Of a stretch of DNA of 64,000 bases, positions 37,807 to 51,870 are shown piece after piece (positions within the stretch are counted from its first letter, which is position 1; every line of letters starts with the position of its first letter). The notes under the pieces were generated by a model. That model was not told the origin of the DNA, ran no database searches, and saw nothing but the letters and a program-made list of their open reading frames with translations. Source of the DNA: Octopus sinensis (Eukaryota); contig NC_042999.1 of the NCBI RefSeq assembly GCF_006345805.1, forward strand, positions 128,216,001 through 128,280,000, read 5' to 3'. A program made the translations under genes and the position numbers.

Positions 37807-38745
37807 GTTTAACGTCTGCTTTCCATGCTAGCATGGGTTGGACGGTTCAACTGGGGTCTGGGAAGCCTGAAGGCTGTCAGCTCTGGTAGAAACCTATTCT
37901 TTCCAACAGTATAACTGGGATAATTGAAAGTAAGTAGACTTGTCACCAAACTGAATTTATACAAAGAAAAAAAAATGACATCTTCCACCAGAGGCTGATT
38001 TTTCTAATACTAGTAACATGTTAAGCATGCTTCAAGTCCCTTTAATACATCACTAGAATTAAAAGTAAAATACCTGTTGGTTATAAATGAGCATCCATTC
38101 TAGATTATTTCAATAAAAACTACCATATTTGCAAGTAATCAGATCAGGTGTGTTATCTTAGGGAAAAGATTCGTCAGTATTGAAGAGTCTGAGGCCCTAA
38201 GCATTACATTCCTAATTGTGACAAGCAACTAAGTAAAACAATATCAACTAAAATATAACATTTTATTTCAGTTTTTCAAATATCAAATACATGTAATATA
38301 TTCCATTTGCAATAGAGACTTCATCAATATTTATTATATACTGTCTTTGGTAGATACTTTAGATTAAGAGATAAGCCTCTGGGCAGACAAACCACAAATA
38401 GTTTCAATCTAATAATTGAAGTCAGTCAGTTTCCCTTTATGATACAGATGCCTTTGGAAAAGATATGAATGCGATATCATTTTAATTCCACTTCCCTAAA
38501 ATATATAATCAGCCCACCTGTTTAGCAAAGAATCAAGAGACTAACATAATTTTGTTCTTCAAAGTCCTGAGTTCAAATGCTGCCAAGGTCATTTTTACCT
38601 TTCAATTCTTCTAGAGTCAATAAAATAAGCATCAACCATCTCCCACTCTATCTCTCTTTCTCTCCCCCCACCCTGCAATAACCAAATTTGTTCCTTAAGT
38701 CAATATTCTGAATTTGAAAGAAAACCATATGGAACCATAACTTAC

Positions 38746-38920
38746 CTGTCATAGTAAATATTCCAACAAGCATCCCTAAATTCCGCCCTGCTAACATCAC
38801 ATCATCACTGTCAGCTTGTGAACCTGTTTGTTTGGACTTGCGACCAGCCCATATTCCTACGAACAAGATTCCAAGGTAGAAAACAACAATAGCTAAAATC
38901 CCAGCAATATGTACAGCCAT
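38746..38920 (-). CDS. SLC5A7: High-affinity choline transporter, coding exon 1 (175 nt)
   Basis: Translates [58 protein letters not shown], matching the CHT1 N-terminus as I recall it. ATG at 38920; phase-1 donor G|GTAAG at 38746/38745. Confidence 0.95.
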
Positions 38921-38965
38921 TGTTGTAGCCTTAATGTGTTTGAAGCCGCTCAGTGATTGTCAAGT
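38921..38965 (-). other. SLC5A7: 5' UTR part of the ATG-containing exon
   Basis: Polypyrimidine tract plus AG (TTTTTTATTTCAG|) lies 45 nt upstream of the ATG, which implies a further non-coding exon upstream. Confidence 0.7.
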
Positions 38966-39365
38966 CTGAAATAAAAAAGAAAAAAATCTCATAAGTATAA
39001 AAAATAATTTATATTTGTTAGTCTAAACTCTAGAGGGAATAACAGAGCAGAAGTAATGATTCAGGATGTTAATGTGATACTGGAAGAATAGATTAGTTAC
39101 ATGAGATTACAATAAGAGTTAACATACAGATAGGATAATAGAAGATGCATGACTTAATGACAAGTGTAATAGACTCACAATAATAAGGCCCTGAGTTCTA
39201 TTCCTAGTGGTGAGGATGATGATGAACAACAAACAAGACTTCTTTCATTTTCATTTGTCACAATAAATTAAGATAGTTTCATTTTTTCTTAATTATACAA
39301 AAAATTAAATGATGATGTATATATACTGATATAAATAAAAGATATGGGAATAAAATAAAACATGA

Positions 39366-39665
39366 AGGTGGGTGGCTTAATGGTTAAGGTATTTGGTTCA
39401 TAGTCATAAGGTTGTGAGATTGGTTTCTGGTGGTGCATTCTGTCCTTGAGCAAGACACTTTATTTCTCATTGCTACAGTTTACTCAACTAACAAGAATGA
39501 GTTGTACCTGTAGTTCACAGGGCCAGCCTTGTCACATTCAGTGTCATGCTGATTCTCCTGAGAACTACGTTAAGAGTCTGTATGTTTGTGGAGTGCTCAG
39601 CCACTTGCTCATTAATTTCACAAGCAGGCCATTCTGTTGACTGGAACACTCACTGTTGTATCCAA
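39366..39665 (+). mobile_element. tRNA-type SINE, family D
   Basis: GGTGGCTTAATGGTTAAG A-box-like head, then TGTCCTTGAGCAAGACACTT core. Confidence 0.7.
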
Positions 39666-40809
39666 CAGAGAGCTGAGAAGAGGACAGTTTGGATAAAGGA
39701 ACTCTTGTAGAGAAGACAATCTCCTAGTGTAATGAATTAAAAAAACTGGTTTTGACTCTTATTTGAAAAAACTTCTTATCTGTTTCTGTCCCTCTCTCAT
39801 ACTTTAACCCCTCATCATCTGGCACAAAGCCACCGCCATCAATACTACCCCCTTCTCTGTTTAAGGAGCCTTGTCTTGCAAGTTATTTGGTAACCTTGCT
39901 GGTGCTGATGCCATATAAAAAGGATCCAGAAAGTGGGTAAGATTTGGAAGAACATCCTTCCATAGAAACCACACCAAAACAGTCATCTGTGTTGCTACCT
40001 CCTGTCAGACCATCCAACCTATGCCAGCATGGAAAGCAGACATTAAATGATGATGATTGTGATGGTGGTGGTGTTGGTGGTGGTGGTGATGATGGAGCAT
40101 AATAACTATAAGCTTAACATGTATGGAAAAATTGGTTGCTTGTAATAATCTACATGGAAGTTCCCAGAGAATTTGGCTCCTTGTTGTAGTCATTTTACAT
40201 TGATTATAAACAAGTGGCATAAAATATCATTAAAATCATATTCCCTTCTTTTATTAATTTGAAATCATGTAACTTCAATATTTAATTTGTAGTGATAAAT
40301 ATTTGGGAAGGAATCATAGGTTGTGAGTTGGGTGTTGGAGTAACATTGTTCCTCGGAAGAATAAAGAACAATATTGTTGTTATTTAGCTTTGGTTGATCA
40401 TGATTAAGTCCATGATTAAATGTATTCTAGCCATGACCATCCTGTTGTTTTTTTTTTCAGGCATTATATACTTAATACTAAATTATCCATATTGTCTTAG
40501 ATATTCTTTTCCTTTAAGATGCTAGGGTCTGTTTAGGGAAATTTGGCTGCTACTTCTAGCTGGCTGAATAACTGTATAGAGACTGCAACTTTGTGGTCTC
40601 TATATTTTCTTTTGTAATGGACTGTGAGAAGAGACAAGATATGGTTGTCAAAGAGATGAAAAGAATAAAGAAAATATAGACAGATTGACTAATAAAAAAT
40701 GAAAATATTTTTTAGTTAAAATTAAACAAAAGTATTTAAAATAGTAGAAAATAAGAATCAGAAAAAAATTTGAATCTTATGGACAATTTTATACCATTCA
40801 TACAGTAAG

Positions 40810-41383
40810 AGGATTTAAGGGGGAAACTGGGTGTAAGAGGCATCAGATGTGAGCAAGAGAAGACTATGCTGGTTTAACCTTGTGATGCGTATAGATGAGG
40901 ACAGCTGTATAAAGGAGTGTTGAGCTCTAGTTGTTGAGGGTACCTGTAGAAGGAGTAGATCCAGGAAGACATGGGACAAAGTGGTGAGAAAGGATTTATG
41001 GATGCTGGGCCTCACTGAGGAAATGACAAGGGACCAGGAGATGTGGCAATTTGCTGTACTTGATAAGACATGTCAAGCTAAGTAAAATCATTATCTTCCA
41101 TACATCCAGGCTTATCCTTTCAGGTGTCAATGCCACATAAAAGGCATCTGTGCCGGTGCTGTGTAAATGCATCCATGCTGGGACTATGTAAATGCTACCA
41201 TGTTGGTGGCACGAAAATGCACCTGTGGCAGTGGTACGTAAAAAGTACCCAGCACACTTTGTTAAGTGGTTAGCATTAGGAAGGGCATCCAACCATAGAA
41301 ACCATCCCACAATAGACAATTGGAGTCTGGACAGCTCCATGTCAAACCACCCAATCCATGCCAGCATGGAGAACAGATGTTAA

Positions 41384-41420
<37 letters not shown>
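40810..41420 (+). mobile_element. RTE LINE 3' end (ORF C-terminus plus 3' UTR)
   Basis: Decayed ...RIDEDSCIKEC*ALVVEGTCRRSRSRKTWDKVVRKDL..LGLTEEMT, then short tandem repeats and a (GAT)n tail. Shorter tails at about 21470-21640(-), 37790-37875(-), 40000-40050(+), 43345-43550(-). Confidence 0.85.
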
Positions 41421-41421
<1 letters not shown>

Positions 41422-43070
41422 ACTATGAAAATTAAAATTATTTAAATAGTTACTAATATCGGCAGTTTCTGATCTATTTTCTTAGAGTATTCTCTGTTTT
41501 GTTTCTTGTGCTAACTCACAAACTTTGCAACGATGTCTGGATTTCATGACATTAAACAGATTTCATGGCATTAAACAGATAAGAGAAAAATCATACCCTG
41601 GACAAGATACTAACCTACCACATATTGTTTGAAAGGTAATATATATTAACTTGCATGACAAAGAAACATTTACATACCACAGAATTTATTAATTTGCTTC
41701 CATAATGTTAATCCTTTGTTTATTGTCAGATAAATAGTGGTATTTCAGCAGAAACAGGACCATAAAGTTCACTGGAACAGCTGGAGTTGAAGTTGTGGAA
41801 CTCCAAAAACATATTCTCTTCCTATAGTGGCATTTTAAACTATGAATTTCTTGAGAGCAAATCTATACTTATTTCCGTGTTGAGATTTAATTTCCTTATA
41901 TTTATTTCTTAATCTAGATAAAGAACTGAATTTTATTTTTCTCACTCTCTTAATCACCCTTCTTTCTCTTTCTCACTTCTTTCTTTCTCTACTCTCATCC
42001 TGGCCTGCTCCTTCTCCTCTTTTTCTTTCCTTTCTCTGTTTTACTCCATTTTAAAAATTTCTGCTTTCTTTTCCCCCTTTTTTCTCTTTACTTTACTATT
42101 GTTCTGTATGGTCTTTCTTTTTTTCTCCTTTTACATATTCTTCTCTCACAAGCCTTCCTCTTCTTCTACTTCTCATGTCCCTCTTCATATTTATTTTTTT
42201 ACGCAGATACTAGAGACATTCTTACAAAGATAATTGTTTACATTTGAAAATGTCACATTTTTTATTTAAACAAAACCTGATTCACTGAAAGCTGTATTCT
42301 ACACTTCAGGAAAATATCCATTGACCTGTTAAGTTAAAGTTACCTACAGCTAAGCTGCTCAGAATAAATCTATAAAAGACAGGTCAAAATCTGATGTGGT
42401 ACAGAAAAATCTGATCTGCCATACTTCTAATAAATATCTCCCCTGCCCCAGAGAAAATATTGGGATTAATTGTATAAATACAAAAGGAATTTATTTTCTG
42501 ATTACTTTGATGATTTTTTTTTAAACATATATAAAAAGTTAGGTGGTTGTCAGTAGCTGTAAAGTCTAGAGTTTGCATACATACATATATTTTGGTTCTG
42601 AAGGTTTAAGAAGTACATGATCTTTTCCACATATTAGATGGTCTTCCATAGCTAAGAAGTGTATAAAATAAGGAAGACATTAAATCTAAGGGGACTTTCT
42701 TTTGTACCCTTTTTGTTTTAAATGACCTACTTTTGCAGTTATCTTTCCCTCTAAATAAAGAATTTTGATACTACTACTACTACTACTACTACTATTACTA
42801 CTACTGGTTTCAAATTTTGGTACAAGGCCAGCAGTTCAAAAGAAGGGGATGAGCTGTTTATATCAACCTGAGTGCTCAACCTTTTCATTGACCCTGAAAA
42901 AATGAAACACAAAGTCGACCTCAGTGGCATTTGAACTCAGAATGTAAAGACAGATAATATGCTGCTAAGCATTTTGCCTGGTGAGCTAGTGATTCTGCCA
43001 GCTTGCTGCCTTAATAATAAAAGTAAAGAATAACCAGTAATTAAGAACTATCCAAGAGGCTTTAATAATA

Positions 43071-43130
<60 letters not shown>

Positions 43131-43789
43131 ATTCAAATTTTGGCACAAAGCCAGTAATTTCAAGGAAAGCATTAAGCTGATTACATCGATGAAAGTGTTC
43201 AATTGATACTCATTTTATCGACCCTGAAAGGATGAATGGCAAAGTTGATCTTGGGGGAATTTGAACTCAGAATGTAAGGCCAGACCAAATACCGCTAAAC
43301 GTTTTGCCTGGTATGCTAAGGTTTCTGATAGCTCACCACTTTCATCATCATCATCATTTAACATCTGCTCCAGTCTGATCAGGCAAGGTTTCTACAGCTG
43401 GATGCCCTTCCTAATGCCAACTACTTCAAGAGTGTAGTGAGTGCTTTTTACGTACCACCAGCATGGGGGCCAGTCAGGCAGCACTGGCATTGGCCATGCT
43501 CAAATAGTGCTTTTTATGTACCACGGGCATGGGAGCCAGTCAGGTGGCACTGTGGCACAAGGCCTGGAATTTTGGGGGTGGGGTTACATCGATCTCAGTA
43601 CTCCATTGGTACACAATTTATCAACCTTGAAAGGATGAAAGGCAAAGTTGACCTTGGCGGAATTTGAACTCAGAATGTACAGATGGGCAAAATACTGCTA
43701 AGCATTTAAGCTGGTGTGCTTTACATTTTGAGTTCAAATTAGGAAAGTAAACAAGGATGTTCTAGAGGTCTGCAATGAACTTTCCAACA

Positions 43790-46190
43790 GAGAGATCAAA
43801 TACAGAACAAACATACTTAAATTGGAGAAAGAAAAACCCTACTAATGGACCAAAACATAGACAAATTAGCTAATATTTGCAGGGATATCATAAAGAAAAG
43901 GCTATTGATAGACCTGTATATCCAACAAATTCAGTTTTATATGTTCATACAAATATAGATGTGAATAATGATATAAAGCATCCTTCCACTGAGGAAGAAG
44001 AACCTAGTGTGACAAATACCCAAAATGAGGAATTCAACAAAATTGTCCCAGACACTGACATTGTTGAGAATGGTTATAGTGAAAGTGGAAACACAGACAC
44101 TGAAGCTGACAAGCTAAAAGCAAAAATTGTATCTGAGTGGCTGAAGGCCAACACACTGAGATTAATTGTATAAATACAAAAGGAATTTATTTTGTGATTA
44201 ATTTGAAGATTTTGGTTCTGAACACAATGAACTGGGAGATTGTAATGATCTTTCCAAGATTTGCAGCTCAAAATTATTAACCAAGGTAAATGCAGTTATA
44301 AAATCCATCTTGAGTGAAGATGAAGTCAATCTCACTTCACTAAATAATTTGTTTTATTCTGCAGCTTCAATAAACACTGCACCATGTAGTATTCAAGTAA
44401 AGAGAAAAACTCAACATAAAAACAGGAAACCAGCATGGTGAGAGAGAACTAGGAATAAAATTAAGGTGCTCAGATCAGCTATTGAAATACTCAAGAAAAT
44501 CAAGAGCAAAAAAAAATAACTAGAAAGAAAATATAATGTAAAAAGAACAAACAAAACTGATGAAGCAATTGAAAAATGATCAGGCAATCAAAACAGCACA
44601 GATAAAGATAATCTTAAATGTCTATTATAAAAAAACTGCAAAAGATAATATAGTTATGAAGACCACATCTAAGAAGGGTAAGTACAAAAGTTTTGCTCAT
44701 CAATCTGGTCACATCCTAAAGAATACAACCATGATGCTCCCTGGATTAATCGACAAGTCAGAGACTCTGAACATATTACAGAACAAAAACAGAAAGATAT
44801 CTCAGTTGAAGATCTCAGGTCTGCATTGAGAAATTCTAGCAAATGGAAATCACCTGGGAAAGATGAAATCTCTAACTTCTTGCTGAATGCTTTCACTGAA
44901 TCTTACAGAGAACTGACTCACTTCTACAATAGCATTATACATGACCCTAGGAAAATCCCTCCTAGGATGGTAAATGGAGTGACTTATTCCCCCCGAAACA
45001 TCTGCCCACTTACATTACTTACAACCATGTATAAAATACTAACATCTATCATTACTGAATATACATATGCCTTCCTGATGGATGACAAAATATTCAGCAG
45101 TGAATGAAAAAGTTGTAAACATGGCTCATATGGTTGTAAAGACCTACTTTTAATCAATAAAAGGGTTCTTGAGGGCTGCCATGTATGACACAGAAAGCCT
45201 TCTTTTGCATGGATTGATTACAAAAATGCATTTGACAGCCTTTCCCATAGCTGGATTGAGAAATTCTTGGGAAGACAGCAACCATTAGAATAGACGCCTG
45301 CCTAAAGAATACCAGTAACTGGATGCATAAACTTGTATGCAAATATGAAAGTTCCAAATTAGTATTCATTATCAGAAAAAGTGAAGAAGTATGTATAGGA
45401 ATGAAAGATCAGCAAGACTAAGACTTAACTATCATAAATGAAACAGAAATCACTGTGATATCAAAACAAATAAAAGCAGGCCAAATGAAATGGATTCTCA
45501 TTGCAGCAGAATACATGGGAAAGTAAGGTGTTATGTGATAAATACCCTACAAGGACCAAAATCTTGATGTAGATGCAAATAGAAGCATCATTAGATCAGT
45601 GTTTGGCTGCATTAAATCAGAAATAAGGGGCTTCATAAAGCTGCTTAGGATCAGTGTCTGGGCCACCAGAAACTATCAAGCAAGCATTCTTCAAAATGGT
45701 GTTGATCCTGCCTACTGCTTTTATGGTGCAACCAAGGAGCAATTGACCACCTAATCTCTGGATGGTGGATGCTGTATGCTTCCTCAAATGAATATATTAA
45801 GAGCCATGATAGACTTGGCCAGTATTTATACTGGATCATATGCCATACATCTGGTTTCCTTATATGAGAACAGGTGGGATCATAAGCCTGCCAAAGTAGT
45901 AGAAAATGAAGAAACCACAGTTCTTTGGGACTTTAGTAGAGAAACTGGTCATGCTATATAGACAAATAGACTAGATATTGTAGTAAAAGATCATGTTGAC
46001 AAAATATATCAGCTCACAAACTGCAACACCTTAGTAAAATATTGAAAAGTTAAGTAAATATAAGGACCTCAGAATAGATGTCTCAAAAGAACAGCGAATG
46101 TATCTGTGATCTTTGGAGTTTTGAGGTCAATACGAAATAGTGCTCTTAAACACTATAGCCAAATACCAGCTTCAAATTAGGTAGCAGTGA
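43790..46190 (+). mobile_element. Decayed, internally deleted RLE-type LINE (R4/Dong-like)
   Basis: WKSPGKDEISNF, PLTLLTTMYKILTSII, FAWIDYKNAFDSLSHSWI (RT N-terminus); later HKPAKVVENEETTVLWDF..NRLDIVV (RLE). Many stops. Confidence 0.85.
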
Positions 46191-46202
46191 ACTACTTACA
46201 TT

Positions 46203-46270
<68 letters not shown>

Positions 46271-46964
46271 GAGGGAGAGAGAGAGTGAGAATGAATTGGT
46301 GGTATCTCAAAAGAGCTCAATAGTAGTGATAAGGTGTCCAAGTGGCACCTCAGGTAGGAGGAAAAACATATATACAACATATACTATAAAAAATTATGCT
46401 CATGGGTACTTCCCACATCCCAAGAAAGATATTGTCAACTTGAAAATACTGATTCTTCTAAAACTTTTTAAAAACTGAAACATTACAAATTTAACAGAAT
46501 CTTAGTTCTCAAATTCTGGCCTCCTTCCCATAAAGTATATCCATGCTAGTCAAAAATAACATCCACAGTAAAACGTCCAACTTTCAGTTAATTGAAGTCT
46601 CTGGGTGAGACTTGGAACAATTCGTATGAAACAAAACAACAATTATGTAAACAACAATAGTAATAATAGTTTCAAATTTTGGCACACTGCTAGCAATTTT
46701 AAGGGTGAAGGTAAGTCAGTTACATCAACCCCAGCATTTGACTGATAGTTATTTCATTGACCTCAAAAGGACAACAAAGTCAACCTTAGCAGCATTTGAA
46801 CTCAAAAATGTAAAGCCAGATGAAAAGTTGCTAAGATCGTGGTCCAGTGTGTTAACAAACAACAACAACAACAACAATAATAATAAAATACAGAACCAAA
46901 ATGGAGTTTCAAAATATACTGAAGAAAAAATATGGAAAGAATAATTGCTACTGGCTAATACACC

Positions 46965-47345
46965 ATAAGGCTCTGTAGGGAGGAAATAAGTCACTCTTGC
47001 TTCACATCCACCACTTACATCCACCCTATCTCCCAAATAGCAAAACCCTCTCACCGTTTCCACCTCATCACATAGCATTTCCACTGGTTCCACCAGCTCC
47101 TTTCTCACATCTTCCATAAACAAACTCTCTCACCAGTCTTGAGATCACCTTCTTCATTTTCATACATCTACCATGAATCCATTTCTCACATCTCGTACAC
47201 ACCACCATATTTGCCATTACCCTTCTCCCACATATACCACATGGGTCCACCTTACTCACTAACACTTCTCCTTCCACCCCACTCACCACCACCTTTATCT
47301 GCTTGAGGTTTACCTTCAAACCCTTGCTTTCAAACGCCTGATTGG
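46965..47345 (-). mobile_element. RTE LINE fragment (post-RT Cys-rich region)
   Basis: GLKVNLKQIKVVV..PCGICGRRVMANMVVCTRCEKWIHGRC...FCYLGDRVDVSGGCE. Confidence 0.8.
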
Positions 47346-47639
47346 AAATATATTTTCAAGATGTAGAGAGTAATTTTTGGTGACATTTCCCTGTCAACAA
47401 ATCAGCCAGTGGCTCTGTGCTTTCAGAGACAAATGGAACATAAACTCCCTAGTTTGAAATACAGTTACATGTGAGTGACAGGAAGAGCATGCAGTTGTAA
47501 AGGTAATGCCTCTATTTTCATCTAAATGATACTAGCATTGAAAATAGACAAAAAACTAAACAAACAGATGACCAAAAACCTATCAGGCAACTAATTTTAT
47601 ATTAATAATAGATACCTCTTTAACATCTGAAAAATGATA

Positions 47640-48560
47640 AATACAGAATATTTTCCAAGCTTATGGTAACTGACAAGCTTGATGTAGCTTTAAAATTATC
47701 GAACAAGATATGTGGTTTATACATTAAGCACGTTTTCGATGATGTGGGAGCTAGCAGCAAAATGACTGATCGGTTTAGCTGCCACATCATTAGTCCACAT
47801 GTGATGAGTTCATTCCATGGAATATTCCTTTCACTGTGCCTTTTGATACACTAATTATGTCAACTTACCAAGCATATAATTAGATGCCATTCCCATTTCA
47901 GCATTCAGTGATTAGCATTAAGGAGTACACCCATCCATGAAATATCTCGCCATCAATATGTGCAAGTGTATAAATCAGTATGATTGGTTAATAAATAACT
48001 GTTTAAACTATGAAACCAAAGAAAAATTAAAAGAAAAATATCAGTGGGTTCCTTTTAACTTTATTTCTTCAGATAATGACATCATTGTCTGGTGAAGATG
48101 TGTTTTTAGAGAATTTTAATATAGTAGTAGTTTTAGTGTGTTGTATCCCATAATTTCAAATAGTATATTCTTTGTGCAGTGGAACCCGATAGAACTTTTT
48201 CCCTTCATGTTATGTAACTAGAGCAAGTCAGCTTGGTGGAGATCATTTCTTAATAGACAACATTTCTGAGAGGATTTGGTACTACAAGCAAAAGAAACAT
48301 CGCTTCCATCACTTACAAAAGTGTTCAATGCCTATTACTTGATAAATTCTAGGAAACTAATTCAGGTCAAAATACTGTGTCTTGCAATCCATTAGCATTC
48401 TGGGAAACGTGTTGCGTTTTTAACGTAAAGGTCTCTTTGAGAGAAAATATTACAGCAAGTGCCATCCACATTCGTATACACGTTATAAATGTGTCTATAC
48501 ACCAGTATTTTATGCTAAGGCTGTTTCAAGTGTTTATATTAATTTAAATCCATTAACTCT
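47640..48560 (-). promoter_or_regulatory. Candidate promoter / non-coding first exon of the choline transporter
   Basis: About 0.9 kb free of recognisable repeats and locally CpG-enriched; TATA-like TTATAAAT at 48483-48490; minus-strand donor |GTAAGT at 48317/48316. Confidence 0.25.
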
Positions 48561-49611
48561 GTTTTTATGCTCAACAGAAAAGAGAAAAGAAACATGACTT
48601 AAGTAAAAATATCATAAATCTAAATATAAAATGAACAATAATTGTCAGCACCATACCTTTTATATATGGTTCCAGGTTATGAACCCTGAGTACCACAGAA
48701 AAATTATAACAATTCTGCAGCAATTATGCTTGCTCAACAGAAAAAAATGAGATTATGTGGTGTGGTAGAAACCAGAATAAATTCATTTTTAACACTGGTC
48801 CGAACTATAGACAGGTTGACAATGAAAATGATAGTCAAAGACAAAAGCATGAACCTGCTCCAGTGTATCTAAAATCAACTCAAACAGACTAGTGTGATGT
48901 GTGACTCAGCTCACAAGAAACAGAATTTAATTTAAATAAACAATGCACACTTTCTCTTCCACTTTCTTTGAATGTATATATAAATGTATGTGTGCATGTT
49001 TAGATACATGCTCACACATACATACATAAATACATACACACACATTCTTTTTCTTTAAGCAATATACTATTAAAGAATATACCATTCTTTAAAAAAAAAA
49101 CTTTAAATTTTAAATTTTAAATTCTGATCACAATTTGTTATTCTGTTTTAATGTTTCATAACATTTAAAATTTTTTTTATTCATTTAGTATTATTGCTTA
49201 ATAGCATTTATTTAATATTGTTTTCTTAATCATTGCCGAATTCAATTTGTATAATATGTATATAAATTTTTAACCCACTTTTCTTTAACTTTAAATTTCA
49301 TTATAATTCTTTCTGATTTAATGTACTAACAAGTATCCATTGGACAATGATGATGTTTGTAATTAAAAACTATGTTAAGTATTATAAATTCATTAACAAA
49401 TGTTAATTTAATTTATTTCCAATAGTTGTTCTTAATTTATTGGTCCAATAGTTTTCACTAAATGATTATTGTGATAATAAAAGACAATAACTGAATTTAG
49501 AACTATTTTATTTGTTTGTTTGTTTGTTTATTTATTCATCTATTTATCTATCTACTAATTATTCATTTATTTTTACCTAACTTGTTTATTATTAATTTTC
49601 TATGCTTTTAA

Positions 49612-50221
49612 CCTTTAGCATTCAGATTACTCAAATGTCTTGGTTTCTCTATCTTTCTTTTTTATTTGTTTCAGTCATTTGAGTACAGCCATGCTGGAGC
49701 ACTGCCTTTAGTCAAACAAATCAACCCCAGTACTTATTCTTTGTAAGCCTAGTACTTTTTCTATCGGTCTCTTTTTGCTGAACCACTAAGTTACAGGGAT
49801 GTAAACACACCAGCATCGGTTGTCAAGTGATGTTGGGGGGACAAACACAGACATGCAAACATATACACACACATACACATATATATATACATATATACGA
49901 TTGCTTCTTTCAGTTTCTGTCTACCAAATCCACTCACAAGGCTTTGGTTGGCCCGAGGCGAAAGCAGAAGACATGCCATGCAGTAGGAATGAACCTGGAA
50001 CCATGTGGTTGGTAAGCAAGCTACTTACCACACAGCCACTCCTGCGCCTATTCATTCTCATTGTTTTATAGCTAGTAGCTTTGAAATTTCAATGATGTGA
50101 TTGTTTATTTTTAGAATGACATTGTAGGGTAGGTATGAGAGACTTGATCTGGCTGGTTTAAACATAAATCAGGTAGAATATTTTGGTTGGATATGACCAG
50201 TTTAAATGGTAAATGGCTGAA
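49612..50221. mobile_element. piggyBac-type MITE interrupted by a family B SINE
   Basis: TTAA-CCTTTAGCATT left end; body homologous to 61271-61486. Confidence 0.6.
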
Positions 50222-50684
50222 CTTTTCACTTGATCTATTTTTAATCAAATTTAATTCACACAATTATTTTCAAAGCATCGTAAGAGAATTGGAGAGATGG
50301 CAACTCAAAGAAGCCTGTCACTTATGTAAAATGTGTGTGTGTGTGTGTGTGCGAGTGTTTCCTTGTTTTGACATCATGTGTTAGCTGTAAACAAATGTCA
50401 CCGTCATTGAAATAATGTTATTTGTTTTCCATCTTCTATAGAAACATATCTTGCCATGGAGGTAAAAATTTCTTGCTTGGAAAAGGTGAGGTCTGGTGAC
50501 AGGAAAGGCATCCAACCTTAGAAAATCTGCCTCATTAAATTCCATCTGACCCATGAAAATATGGAAAAAGGGACATTAAAATGATGATGACAATGTCGAT
50601 TATACTAGTAACAATCATTATCACTAATATAAGAATTTTATTCATTTACCTACTTCACTGTCAACATTATTCTTGTTAAAGAAT

Positions 50685-50689
<5 letters not shown>

Positions 50690-50736
<47 letters not shown>

Positions 50737-50737
50737 A

Positions 50738-50796
<59 letters not shown>

Positions 50797-50962
50797 GGAG
50801 TGATTGGCATTAGGAAGGTTATCCCGCTGTAGAAACCAACTCAAAACAGACTGGAGCTTGGTGCAGCACTCCAGCTTACCAGCTTCAGTCAAACCATCTT
50901 ACCCATGCTAGTATGAAAAACGGACACTAAATGATGATGATGATGCACACACACACACACAC

Positions 50963-50994
<32 letters not shown>

Positions 50995-51211
50995 AATATA
51001 TATAAATATATATATATATATTATATATATATATATATATATAATATATATATATATATTGTGGAGTGATTGGCATTAGGAAGGTTATCCCGCTGTAGAA
51101 ACCAACTCAAAACAGACTGGAGCTTGGTGCAGCACTCCAGCTTACCAGCTTCAGTCAAACCATCTTACCCATGCTAGTATGAAAAACGGACACTAAATGA
51201 TGATGATGATG

Positions 51212-51225
<14 letters not shown>
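50690..51225 (+). repeat. Tandem duplication (~266-bp period) of (CA)n(TA)n plus RTE tail
   Basis: 50792-50945 and 51058-51211 are identical by eye. Confidence 0.9.
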
Positions 51226-51242
<17 letters not shown>

Positions 51243-51559
51243 ACACACAATCACACACACACACACATATGTATATGTATATATGTCTCTGTTCCCTGCT
51301 TGACAACCAGTGTTGGTTTGTTTATGCCCCTGTAATATAGGGGCTTAGCAAAAGAGACTTATAGAATAAATACCAGACTTAAAAAAACAAATATAAGTAC
51401 TAGGGTTTATCTGTTTATCTAAAGGCCTCAAAAGTGGTTCCCAAGCATGACTGCCATCCAATGACTGAATCGAGTAAAAGATAAAAGATAAAAGATGTAG
51501 CAAGTGTTAAAACTGAAAGTAAGAAACATGCCAATGTTTTGCTTTGAGGTGTTGTGAAG

Positions 51560-51870
51560 TAAAGCTGTGTGTTTATACAAATCAATGTGTCATTGAGGAA
51601 TGATGGTGAACTTGTCCTCACTGACACTGACAAAAGAAAAAAGGAAGAAAAAGAAGATATGGGAAATTTATTATTGGAGATTGCTGAATGAAGAGAATGT
51701 ATGAGAAAGAGTGATGGTTAACAACAAATAAACCAAAAACAGAAATCAGCTGTTGAATCTGATAGCTTAACAGTGGAGAGTATGATTAGGAATATAAAAG
51801 CAAGGAAAGCAGCTGGACCATCAGGTATGGTTGCTGAGATACTGAAAATATCTGGTGAAGAAAGATTTAT
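51560..51870 (+). mobile_element. RTE LINE fragment (pre-RT region)
   Basis: LRNDGELVLTDTDK..LLNEENV and MIRNIKARKAAGPSGMVAEILKISGE. Confidence 0.75.
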
